Positions 31,738 through 40,909 of a stretch of 64,000 bases of DNA are shown here, piece by piece. How positions within the stretch are numbered: position 1 is the first letter of the stretch; each line of letters opens with the position of its first letter. This DNA comes from an uncultured Gemmatimonadales bacterium (GTDB taxonomy: Bacteria > Gemmatimonadota > Gemmatimonadetes > Longimicrobiales > RSA9), in the NCBI GenBank assembly GCA_963816355.1, contig CAWFKH010000003.1, positions 864,001 through 928,000 on the forward strand. Reading direction: 5' to 3'. Position numbers and translations under genes: made by a program. Below the pieces are notes generated by a model. That model was not told where the DNA came from. It was given only the letters and a program-made list of their open reading frames with translations, and made no database searches.

Positions 31738-32235
31738 GTGGCCGCGGTCTTCCTCTGCTGGCGCGTCGCCGCGGACACCCCCGATTACCAGGCCGACGAC
31801 GCGACGGGCCGAGGCGCCGAGCTCGAGGGGGGCCGGTGGAACCGACCCGGCACTCCCCTGCTGTACGCCTCCACGTCCCGGGCCCTCGCGTGTCTGGAGA
31901 CCCTCGCGCACTTCGGCAGCACCCGCTCGCTTCCGCTCAATCGTTATCTCGTCTCGATCGCGCTGCCGCAGGCGCTGTGGGACGCGCGCACGCGCTTCGT
32001 GGCCGAGGACCATGTCGGCTGGGATGCGGAGCCGCCGGGCCAGGTCTCCCTCGATTGGGGCACGGAGTGGGCGCGCTCGCGCGTGGCCGCGGCCGCCGAG
32101 GTGCCGTCGGCGATCGTCCCCGAGGAGACCAACGTCCTGCTGAATCCGCTTGGGCGGGGCTTCGATCGGATCGCGTTCCGGAAGGTGCGCCGCTGGCTCT
32201 ACGACCCGCGACTACGCCCGCAACCGTCCCGGTGA
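31738..32235 (+). CDS. RES-domain toxin
   Basis: GGRWN, LYAS...ALACLE, VPSAIVPEETNVLLNP, YDPRL. Confidence 0.92.
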   Translation: MAAVFLCWRVAADTPDYQADDATGRGAELEGGRWNRPGTPLLYASTSRALACLETLAHFGSTRSLPLNRYLVSIALPQALWDARTRFVAEDHVGWDAEPPGQVSLDWGTEWARSRVAAAAEVPSAIVPEETNVLLNPLGRGFDRIAFRKVRRWLYDPRLRPQPSR

Positions 32236-32865
32236 CGTCCCCTCACCCGATCGGCCGGAGGGTGGGGCCGCCTGTGTAGAGGAAGGCGAGCAGTCCGATC
32301 GGGCGCTGCAGCGGACCGAAGGCCGCCACCCAGATAATCGGCTCGACGACGCGGCCGATCAGCCGGGGGCGGGACGTGACACGAACGGAGCCCCGGCAGT
32401 CCGGGGCGCGAGTAGGGAGCGAGTGGCCGGCGACGAAGCGCCGGCGGGTCAGACGAGGGGAGGAGCGGTGGCGGGAGGGAGATGATCCAGGATTGCGCGG
32501 CCGCAAACGGACCACACGGAGACCGTTGCCGCGGGATGCGGGCCTGAGCCGAACCGCGATCGGCGGCGTGGTCTCGCGCACGGGACGCGCGGAGGCCGAG
32601 TGGCAGCAGCCGGCGCAATGACAGTTGTGCTGGGAGGTCGGCGCCGAGTGCCGCCCGTCTCGATCCTCATGCGGCGCTCATCGGGCCCACTCCGCCATGG
32701 CGCACGGATGGAACCAGGGCAGCCAAGTCGCCCCCAGACCGGGACCGGCCAGGAGCGCGAGGACTGCAACAAGCCGGAAACGCCGGAAGCGGGCCGGCTT
32801 GAGGCCAGAAGCTCACCTGCAACCAGCCCGGCAGGAAGTCGGGTCACCCCGGCCCGCCGTTCGGA

Positions 32866-34329
32866 TCAGCGGCGCAACGCGTCGATGACGTACCCGATCG
32901 GATCAGGAATGGTGTCCCAATTCACCAGCACGTCCGGTTGGATGCCCGTTCCCCGGATGCCGCCCTGCGGGAGGTGAATGTCCCGAGTAATCGTCGGGTA
33001 TCCGAGGTACCAGCGGTGCTCCCCGGGCAGGATCGAAACGACGTTGACCTGTTCATAGTCGAGGGCGCCGGCGGTCGGCTGCCCGAATACCGTCGCACGG
33101 GTGCTTCGAAGCGCCTCCTCAACGAGCACCTCCGACGCGCTCACCGTGCCCCGATCGATCAGAACACCGACACGGCGCGGATTGTCCATGATCGACGAGG
33201 GATTATCAGGGGCAGCCGGCCACAGCGTGAACGGCACGAACTCGCCGACATGCGCTTCGAGGTCGGCGATGAGCGCCCGCCTGGACGTGGTGGTGTCGTC
33301 ACCAAACAGCTGCTTGGCGTAGGCGATCTGATCCGGAGAGGACAGCATCACCATGTGCCGGTGCACCGCTGGTGCCGGCCGTCGCGTGCGGCTGGCGATG
33401 TACGGGTCCAGCGAGGAGGACATGAACGAGGCCCCGCCCTCGTTGCCCCGCAAGTCGACGATCAGCAGGTCGCTCAACCGGATGCGATCGGCGTTGGCTG
33501 CGATCAGGCTGTCGAGCAGCGGCTTGAGCGACGGATCGTGCGACGGAATCGACACCACAACGGCGCCCTGCCGGACGATGAGCGTCGGCCGGTGCGGGTC
33601 TCCCGCCGCGACGAGGCCGCTGTCGGCCGCAGGCACCGGGAACACCTTGCCCCACATGCCGGGATCGAGCCGGAGGAGCACATCCTTGTAGACGTGTGCG
33701 TGGCGGTGCCAATGAACGTAGTTGGCACCGTACAACTCGCCGTCGTAGGACCCATCGGGAAGGCGCGTGAAGGTGCCGCGCACGGCACCCGGCGCCCAGG
33801 TCGAGGTATCGGGCCGCAGCACCACCGCCACGAAACGTTCGCGGTGCACACCCGAGTCCGGCATCACGGCCACCCGGAGATGGCCGTCGTCCCAGATGCC
33901 CTCGATCGGGTCGAGCCGCGGCGCCGCCGAGAAGTACGCCCGGGCTTGGTCCTCGGTCAGAGGGAGCATGCGCACCGCGCGGGCACGGCGAGCCGATTCG
34001 GCGGAGTCCAGGCGGGTGGTCTGGTAGATGAAGAGGTGGGGATCGTCGAACCACCGGGTGAACTCGTCCAACAGCCGGTAGCAATCGCCGCCGGTCGCCG
34101 ACGCGCGGCGCCGGAGCGTGGCATACATGCGCTCGTAGGCGGCCAATCGGTCGCCGACCACCTCAAGGCGGAAGCCGGCGTAGTCGGCCTCAAGTGTGGC
34201 ACGGACGCCGGCGAGATCGGCCGCGCAGCTGGGTGCCGGCGTGGAATCGCCGGAAGCGGAGGCACCGGATTGGGCCATCAGAGCGCCCGGCGCAAGACCC
34301 AGTACGGCGCAGATCGCGGCAATGCGCAT
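32866..34329 (-). CDS. S41-family exported peptidase
   Basis: Signal peptide, DPHL, LIVDLRGNEGG, TVSASE, VFGQPTAG, GIQPDV. Confidence 0.88.
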   Translation of the reverse strand: MRIAAICAVLGLAPGALMAQSGASASGDSTPAPSCAADLAGVRATLEADYAGFRLEVVGDRLAAYERMYATLRRRASATGGDCYRLLDEFTRWFDDPHLFIYQTTRLDSAESARRARAVRMLPLTEDQARAYFSAAPRLDPIEGIWDDGHLRVAVMPDSGVHRERFVAVVLRPDTSTWAPGAVRGTFTRLPDGSYDGELYGANYVHWHRHAHVYKDVLLRLDPGMWGKVFPVPAADSGLVAAGDPHRPTLIVRQGAVVVSIPSHDPSLKPLLDSLIAANADRIRLSDLLIVDLRGNEGGASFMSSSLDPYIASRTRRPAPAVHRHMVMLSSPDQIAYAKQLFGDDTTTSRRALIADLEAHVGEFVPFTLWPAAPDNPSSIMDNPRRVGVLIDRGTVSASEVLVEEALRSTRATVFGQPTAGALDYEQVNVVSILPGEHRWYLGYPTITRDIHLPQGGIRGTGIQPDVLVNWDTIPDPIGYVIDALRR

Positions 34330-34364
34330 CGAAGCCTCGGTTGGAGTGAGGAGAGACTGTCTCG

Positions 34365-34679
34365 TCAGCCCTCGGACACACGACCCGCGGAAACCGTTGC
34401 GCCGCCGCCCGCCCGGGACCGCGGCGACCGATCGGCGGCGCCCTGGCTCACCACGAAGCGCAGGGCGAAAAGTGACAGCAGCACCGCTCCGAAAGCGAGT
34501 GGCGGCCGGGTGTCCTTCTTCACCAGCCAGAGATAGTGCAGCACGCCACCCACGGCCGAGAGGTAGATCAGCCGGTGAAGCTGCTGCCACCGCTTCCCGC
34601 CGAGCCGCCGAATGGACGCGGCGGTGAAGGTGAGCGCCAGCGGGATCAGCAGGATGAACGCGGTGAAGCCGACGGTTAA
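34365..34679 (-). pseudogene. msrQ: 3' fragment of MsrQ (YedZ) heme membrane subunit, in frame with the IS91 remnant
   Basis: LIPLALT...IRRLGGKRWQQLHRLIYL....VLHYLW.VK. Confidence 0.85.
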
Positions 34680-35725
34680 CTCGAGGGGTGAGAGGGCGAG
34701 GAGGGCGCGTCCGTCGGAGGTGGGCCGGGAGGGTCGGTAGAACACGCGGCGGACCCCCGCGTCGTCGTCGGCCCGCCCTCCGGACGGACGCTCGATCCGC
34801 AGGCGGTCGAGGGCGAAGGGCGGTCGGGCACAGTAGCGGAGGAGCCGTTCCCGGCCGGCGCGGTCGGAGCCGTGGATCCGGACGGAGGCGTCCAGGCTGA
34901 AGCCGCCGGTGCCCTGCCAGGTGAGCATGTCGTTCACCGTGTGCTCCTCGATGAGGCCGCGGCGCTGGAAGAGGCGCAGGATGCGGCGCTGGAGGACGGG
35001 CGTGAGGGTGGTGGCATCGGCGGCGAAGAAGGCGGTCGCCTCGTCGAAGCGGACTTCGCCGTCCACGGTCTCGGTGAAGACGCCGTCGAGGACCACGACG
35101 TGGAAGTGGAAGTGGGCGTTGAGGGAGGAGCCGAAGCGGTGGAGGAAGGAGACTGCGCCGATCTGGGCGTCGGGACCGGCGCCCGGGCTGGCGTGGCGCA
35201 GGCGGGTGCGGACCGCCCGGAGCAGGATCCGGAGCACGGCGCCGGCAAGGGCGGGATCGTGGTGGAAGAAGGGGCGGATCCGCTTCGGGACGGAGAGGAC
35301 CCATTGGCGGATCGGGAGCGGCGGCAGGACGCGTCGTTCAGGTGCGCGGCGACCTCGACCATGCGCCGAGCGTTGCAGGAGGGGCAGACGCCGCGGCCCT
35401 TGCAGGAGAAGGCGACGAGGCGCTCGGCGGCGCAGTCGTCACAGCGGACGCGGGCGAAGCCGTGAGCCAGGATGCCGCAGCGGAGGTAGGCCCGGAAGTC
35501 CTCCTCGACCCACTTCGCCACCCCCTCGCCCCACGGATCGGCCTCGGCGGCCCGGGCCAGAAAGGTCTCGAGGTGGTGGTGGACAATGGGGTAGAGGGGC
35601 GAGGCCGCGGGTCGGCGGCGGCGGTAAACGGCGGAGCGGCCGGCTGGCGTTGCGGAGTGCCCTGGGCGGTGCGCCTGCGCCTGCGGCGGGGCCCAAACGG
35701 ATCGGGGGCGTGCGACGGTGGGCAT
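34680..35725 (-). mobile_element. IS91-family transposase, frameshifted near 35330 and 3'-truncated (copy B)
   Basis: Zn-binding CGILAHGFARVRC..C...FSCKGRGVCPSC, RQWVLSVP, HFH motif, RYCARPP; ends at LSPLE. Confidence 0.9.
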
Positions 35726-35891
35726 GGCCCGGAGGGTTCGACGAGACCCGGGGCACCACCGTGGCGGAGTGGGACGACGCGGCGGCCGTCAGCGGTGAAC
35801 CTGGCGGCCCACACCCAAGCCCACACCATAGCGGTCCGACAGTTCGGGGCCGGAACGGCGACGCGTCGCGACGACGGGTCGCCGTTTGTGC

Positions 35892-36518
35892 TCAGTAGTA
35901 CCGCGCCTTCAGGACGAAGAGGATCGCCAGCGCGGCGTACTGGAGGAAGGTGCTGATCTCGCTCTTCCACGCCTCGCCCCAGTGGTGCGGGCCCGATTCG
36001 GGATGCGCCGGCCGCCGCGGGATCCAGCGCGGAGTGGCGCGCTTGTAGGCCAGATACTCCTCCCCGAAGATCGATTCCAACACGCCCTCTTCGTACCGCA
36101 CGATGAACGTGTACTCGACCGCGAACAGGACCACCGCGACGAGCAGGAACCAGTACACGCCCGAGATCACCACGAAGCCGATCCAGATCAGGAAGTTCCC
36201 GATGTAGAGCGGGTTCCGCGCCCAGGCGAAGATGCCGTAGGTGACCAACCGCTGCACATTGCGGGAGCGCCGGCGCGTGACCGTGCCCGCCGCCGCGACG
36301 CCGGCCAGCCGCACCGCCTCGCCCAGCGCCAGCACCAGCGCCCCCACGAGCCACTGCCGGGCGCTCTGGGTGCCGGGAACGAGCAGCGGAACGAGGATGA
36401 AGGGCACGGGGAGCCAGCCGCGGTTGCGGAAGAGCACGGCGCCGGCGCGGGCCATGGGGCTCTGTTCGGCAGCCGAGACGGCGGCCGGAGGCGGAGTCTG
36501 ATTCGGGTCGAGGGTCAT
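35892..36518 (-). CDS. Isoprenylcysteine carboxyl methyltransferase (ICMT/PEMT) family membrane protein
   Basis: LVTYGIFAWARNPLYIG, EEGVL...FGEEYLAY...TPRWIP. Confidence 0.9.
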   Translation of the reverse strand: MTLDPNQTPPPAAVSAAEQSPMARAGAVLFRNRGWLPVPFILVPLLVPGTQSARQWLVGALVLALGEAVRLAGVAAAGTVTRRRSRNVQRLVTYGIFAWARNPLYIGNFLIWIGFVVISGVYWFLLVAVVLFAVEYTFIVRYEEGVLESIFGEEYLAYKRATPRWIPRRPAHPESGPHHWGEAWKSEISTFLQYAALAILFVLKARYY

Positions 36519-36619
36519 GTGCAAAGGATAATCTAACCCGCGCCGTGGGTGGTTCGGCAAATGCCCGGCGACCGAGGCGCGCCCGGCCACCACGCGCTCA
36601 CGCCGGGGCCGGCCACCGG

Positions 36620-36828
36620 GGCATGGCGTTCGGCTGGACTGGCTCGTGTGGGGCGATGGACCGCGGGAAGCGATCGCGCCGGATGACAAGGACGAGGCGT
36701 TCGACGCGATCGCCGCCCTTGTCGACCGCGCCCGCGCCATTTCACGCGGCGAAGCTCCGCCGGTCCCTGAGAATCTGCCCGATCAAGGAGGGATAGGACC
36801 CGGAACAGGTGAGCGCGAAGAGATGTGA
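36620..36828 (+). pseudogene. Possible 3' remnant of an XRE-type HTH regulator
   Basis: GVRLDWLVWGDG resembles the end of Cro/CI HTH domains; no intact N-terminus. Confidence 0.35.
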
Positions 36829-36917
36829 TTTGAAACAAACGCTGGTCGAGCACCTTGGCGCGCTCGACGCGGATGTCGAATATCAGTGACGCAGACTGCA
36901 CTGTTCGTGCAACGCGT

Positions 36918-37769
36918 TTATCGGGTAATACGCTCGTCGGGCAGCGGATGGTTGCACAAGCCGACCGTTGCTTCAATCAATCCGCTTTGCATGCGATCTT
37001 CAACTCGTCGGCGATTTTCCGTTTCTGCGGCCCGTGTGTTTTCCTGGTGCCACAGGTGAAACACTTCGGTGGAGAAGGCGCCCCCTTTGCGCCTGACGCC
37101 ATACCGCGACAGACGTAACACAAGATCAGCATCTTCATGCCCCCATCCGACGAAGCTTTCATCGAAGCCATTTACCGCCGAAAAATCATTTCTCCAGATC
37201 GCCAGATTGCAACTCTTGATTCGGCTCCAGCGAACCGCGCGATAGTGCCGCAACCGGCTGTCAGGCAGATGAATCAGTGGCACGACCTTATTGGCATTTC
37301 CTGACAGGCGCTGCGCCAGCCAATACAGAAAACTGCGGCCATAGACTGGAACCGGTTCGGAGCCGGCCAACAACTTGTTGGTGAATGTTTCGGACAACAG
37401 TACCCTGCTGCCGGAAACCATGAAGCCAGTTTCTGCAATCAAACGATGACGTTTCACGAAATCGGGGCGCGGTAAGCAATCGCCGTCTAGGAAAATCAGA
37501 TAATCGCCCTGCGACGCAAATACACCGAGATTTCGCACTGCGGAGGCCCTGAAACCCTGATCCGGTTGCCATGCATGCACAATCCTTTGGGGACCTCGCG
37601 CTAGCGTCGACTGTTGGAACGTGCGAATCGTTTCCCGCGTCGGTTCCGATGAGCCATCGTCCGCGATCACCACTTCAAAATTTGCATCGGTCTGATCCAG
37701 CAGCGCATCCATCACTGCGGACAGCGCATTCGGACGATTATAGGTGGTGACGATCACCGATATCAGCAT
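36918..37769 (-). CDS. Glycosyltransferase family 2 on an AT-richer foreign segment
   Basis: ISVIVTTYNRP, EVVIADDGS, RNLG, FLDGDC, GFDESFVGWGHED; codon usage unlike the flanks. Confidence 0.92.
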   Translation of the reverse strand: MLISVIVTTYNRPNALSAVMDALLDQTDANFEVVIADDGSSEPTRETIRTFQQSTLARGPQRIVHAWQPDQGFRASAVRNLGVFASQGDYLIFLDGDCLPRPDFVKRHRLIAETGFMVSGSRVLLSETFTNKLLAGSEPVPVYGRSFLYWLAQRLSGNANKVVPLIHLPDSRLRHYRAVRWSRIKSCNLAIWRNDFSAVNGFDESFVGWGHEDADLVLRLSRYGVRRKGGAFSTEVFHLWHQENTRAAETENRRRVEDRMQSGLIEATVGLCNHPLPDERITR

Positions 37770-37819
37770 GGCAATAGCGATCCTCAAACCTGGAGTCGGA
37801 CTTCTTGCAGGGGCAGCGG

Positions 37820-38017
37820 TTAGTGCTTCAGCGTTGCGGACGCTGATCCAGCTTTGACCCACGCGCCGTGCGGATGGACCTCGGCGAGCTGCACCGCCGC
37901 CTCGCCGCCGGGCCTGTAGCGCACGGTCAGTTCGTGGCGGAACGTCTGGCGGTCGGTCTCGAGCCGGATCCAGGCGAGTGGCTTGTCCTCGCTCGCCTCG
38001 GCCCCGGCCGCTTCCAT
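37820..38017 (-). CDS. Short hypothetical ORF or gene fragment
   Basis: 65-codon protein-like frame (PLAWIRLETDRQTFRHELTVRY); no family recognised. Confidence 0.3.
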   Translation of the reverse strand: MEAAGAEASEDKPLAWIRLETDRQTFRHELTVRYRPGGEAAVQLAEVHPHGAWVKAGSASATLKH

Positions 38018-38058
38018 CGCTCCGGGGGGGTAGCGTGGGCGGCAGCGGCCGCAGCCGA

Positions 38059-38598
38059 TCATCCCGCTCCGTCGGCGCCGTCCGGATGCGCAAGGCCCCA
38101 CGCGAGGGCGAAGCGGTGGGCGCCAGCGAGCACGGGGTCCGTGCTCCAGCTCTCGAAGAAAGGACGGACGGCGCCGGATTCGAGCGCGTGCTCGAGCGCT
38201 CCCGTCTCGATCCGCGTCCGGAGCGCCGCGTCGCCCGCGCGGTAGAGCGAAGCCAGACGCGCGGCCACGTCCACGACGACGGCGGAGGCGGCGGGAACGG
38301 CGGCAATGTGCTTGAGCCACGCCGCGAGCTCGTAGGCGGCCTGGAAGCCGGCGTGCACGAACCCGTCGGTCGGCGGGTCCGCGGCGATGCAGTCGAGCAG
38401 GTAGCGCGCCATGAAATCGCACTGCGCCTCCATGCTCGGCTCCGGCCGGATGCGTGACCATCCCGCGGCGGAGAGCGCGTAGGCGCGCGCGCGGCTCTCC
38501 AGGTCGCCGCGGGTGGTCCATGCGGCGTAGTCCGCGCCGGGCACCGGCGCGTCGCCCGCCAGCGCGATCTCGATCTCGTTTCGGAAGTCCTCCCCCAC
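38059..38598 (-). CDS. Hypothetical protein
   Basis: GTG start after GAGGAG, host-like codon bias, promoter-like element upstream. Confidence 0.65.
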   Translation of the reverse strand: MGEDFRNEIEIALAGDAPVPGADYAAWTTRGDLESRARAYALSAAGWSRIRPEPSMEAQCDFMARYLLDCIAADPPTDGFVHAGFQAAYELAAWLKHIAAVPAASAVVVDVAARLASLYRAGDAALRTRIETGALEHALESGAVRPFFESWSTDPVLAGAHRFALAWGLAHPDGADGAG

Positions 38599-38716
38599 GG
38601 CCGCTCTCCTCGGGTTTGCGGCCGCCGTGCGAGCGTCGGCGGCCGCCGCGGCGGGGAAGCCGCGGCGGGACTGCGCACGGTGGTTCGCGTCACCTCGCCT
38701 CCCTGTCCGGAGGGCA

Positions 38717-38745
38717 AGGCTACGTGGTGGGGGCACTGGAGGCAA
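38717..38745 (-). promoter_or_regulatory. Putative promoter downstream of the IS91 tail
   Basis: TTGCCT-N17-TAGCCT on the minus strand. Confidence 0.45.
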
Positions 38746-38860
38746 CCGTCTGACGGACCCGCGACACGGCGCCTCGGCATTCGATGCGGCCACGTGCGTC
38801 CGACCACCGTCATCACCACCGTGCCGGCGCCTGGACCGGTTGCTGGGCGTGCCTCGCCGT

Positions 38861-38959
38861 TCAGACTCCGCGGGCCTGGTCGAGGTCGAGCTCGGGTACG
38901 GGCTCGGGGTCGGCCGCGTCGAGGGCGGGGGTCCGGTCGAAGTCATCCGCCGTCACGGC
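38861..38959 (-). mobile_element. Probable C-terminal tail of an IS91-like transposase (copy C)
   Basis: DDFDRTPALDAADPEPVPELDLDQARGV-stop resembles the acidic tail of this transposase group (recognition only). Confidence 0.45.
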
Positions 38960-39115
38960 ATCCTGTCGGGATTGCAGAGCGTGTCATCCGGAGTCAGATT
39001 TCCTCCAGAACGGAGGAAGCTGCGCTCAGCCGAAGCTGTGGCAGCCCTGTCCCGAACGCCGCCGGCTGCCCGCTCTCCCGATCCTGCCGGTATTCCATCT
39101 GCGCGATCCGGCCTG

Positions 39116-40768
39116 ATGCTGAAGCCGAAGCTTCTTACGACGATGCAGTCGTACGACCGCCACCAGTTGCTGCGGGACGTGCTGGCAGGCGTCATCGTCG
39201 GCGTGGTTGCGCTGCCGCTGTCGATCGCGTTCGCGATTGCGAGCGGAGTGACGCCGCAGGCCGGTATCATCACCGCAGTGGTCGGTGGGTTGCTGATCTC
39301 CGCGCTGGGAGGCTCGCGCGTGCAGATCGGCGGTCCGACGGGCGCGTTCATCGTCATCATCTACGGCATCGTGGCGCAGTACGGCGTCGACGGTCTCGCG
39401 GTCGCGACGCTGATGGCGGGCGTGATCCTGGTCGCGCTCGGCGTCGCCCGGCTGGGTGGTGCGATCAAGTTCATCCCGCACCCGGTCGTGACCGGCTTCA
39501 CGAGCGGCATTGCCGTGGTGATCCTTTCGGGACAGGTGCGCGATCTGCTCGGGCTGCGGATGACTGCCTTGCCCGCCGAGTTCGTGCCGAAGTGGCGCGC
39601 CTACGCGGATGCGATCCACACCGCTTCGCCGGCCGCAGTCGGAGTATCCGCGCTCGCGCTCGCGATCCTGATCGGCTGGCCGCGGATCAGCCGTCGCATC
39701 CCCGCGCCGTTCGTAGCGCTGATCGGGGCGACGCTGCTCGTCCGCATCGCCGGGCTGCACGTCGAAACGATCGGCAGTCGCTTCGGGGACCTCGCGCTCG
39801 GCCTCCCTGCGCCGCGCCTGCCGCACGTGGTGGCGGCTGACATCCCTTCGCTGATCGCGCCCGCCTTCTCGATCGCGCTGCTCGGCGCCATCGAATCCCT
39901 GCTGTCGGCCGTCGTGGCGGATGGCATGATCGGCGGCCGCCACCGCTCGAACATGGAGCTGGTCGCGCAGGGCGTGGCCAACATCGCGACGCCCTTCTTC
40001 GGCGGCATCCCGGCGACGGGCGCGATCGCGCGCACGGCGACGAACGTGAAGAACGGCGGCCGCACGCCCATCGCCGGGATGGTGCACGCACTGACTCTGC
40101 TGCTGATCGGCGTCTTCTTTGCGCGCTACATCGCGTGGGTGCCCCTTGCCGCGCTGGCTGCGATCCTGGTGCTCGTGGCGTACCACATGAGCGAGTGGCG
40201 CGTCTTCAAGGACGAGTTCAGCGCTCCGCGCAGCGACGTGGCCGTGCTGGTCACGACCTTCGGCCTGACGGTCGTCGTCGGCCTGACGGTCGCGATCCAG
40301 GTGGGAATTGTGCTCGCGGCGCTCCTGTTCATGCGGCGCATGTCCGAAGTGACCAACATCACCATGATCGAGCGCGAGTTCGGCGACGCGGAGACGGACG
40401 CCGCACCTCGTCTGGAGATACCGCACGGCGTCGCCATCTACGACATCAAGGGGCCTTTCTTCTTCGGCGCGGCCGAGAAGTTCCGCGACCAGGTGAACCA
40501 CGTGGCCGACCGACCGCGCGTGCTCGTGCTCGGCATGCGCGACGTGCCCGCGATCGACTCGACGGGCCTGCACGCGCTCACGCAGCTCGTCCGCCGTGCC
40601 CGCGCCGATGGCACGCGCGTCATCCTGGCGGGCGTGCACGCGCAGCCGATGATGGCCATCGGCCGCTCGCGCCTGTTGGACGAGTTGGGCGAGGAGAATC
40701 TGGTGGGGAGCGTGGAGGAGGCGCTCGCCACGCACGGGCACGCCGTGGGCGCTGGATCGAAGGCGTGA
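39116..40768 (+). CDS. SulP-family anion transporter with STAS domain
   Basis: VALPLSIAFA, QIGGPTGAF, ESLLSA, ELVAQGVAN, ATGAIART, GPFFFGA, IDSTG. Confidence 0.95.
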   Translation: MLKPKLLTTMQSYDRHQLLRDVLAGVIVGVVALPLSIAFAIASGVTPQAGIITAVVGGLLISALGGSRVQIGGPTGAFIVIIYGIVAQYGVDGLAVATLMAGVILVALGVARLGGAIKFIPHPVVTGFTSGIAVVILSGQVRDLLGLRMTALPAEFVPKWRAYADAIHTASPAAVGVSALALAILIGWPRISRRIPAPFVALIGATLLVRIAGLHVETIGSRFGDLALGLPAPRLPHVVAADIPSLIAPAFSIALLGAIESLLSAVVADGMIGGRHRSNMELVAQGVANIATPFFGGIPATGAIARTATNVKNGGRTPIAGMVHALTLLLIGVFFARYIAWVPLAALAAILVLVAYHMSEWRVFKDEFSAPRSDVAVLVTTFGLTVVVGLTVAIQVGIVLAALLFMRRMSEVTNITMIEREFGDAETDAAPRLEIPHGVAIYDIKGPFFFGAAEKFRDQVNHVADRPRVLVLGMRDVPAIDSTGLHALTQLVRRARADGTRVILAGVHAQPMMAIGRSRLLDELGEENLVGSVEEALATHGHAVGAGSKA

Positions 40769-40909
40769 GAGGGAGGCCGTAAGCAGGGTCTGGCGTGAGC
40801 AGGGCGATGGCGTAGACGGGCGTGGCCGTGGGCGGCGGCGGGGCGGGTGGCAGGATCCGGAGAATTCAGTTCGGCAACCCGAGGAGCGCGCCGAAAGAGC
40901 GGAGAAGCA

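Noticed and set aside
32236..32865. Gene or element in the gap after the RES toxin, including a 17-nt inverted match (CCCACTCCGCCA.GG.G) to about 35757-35773
   Set aside because: No convincing ORF, and the match is too short to call an element end
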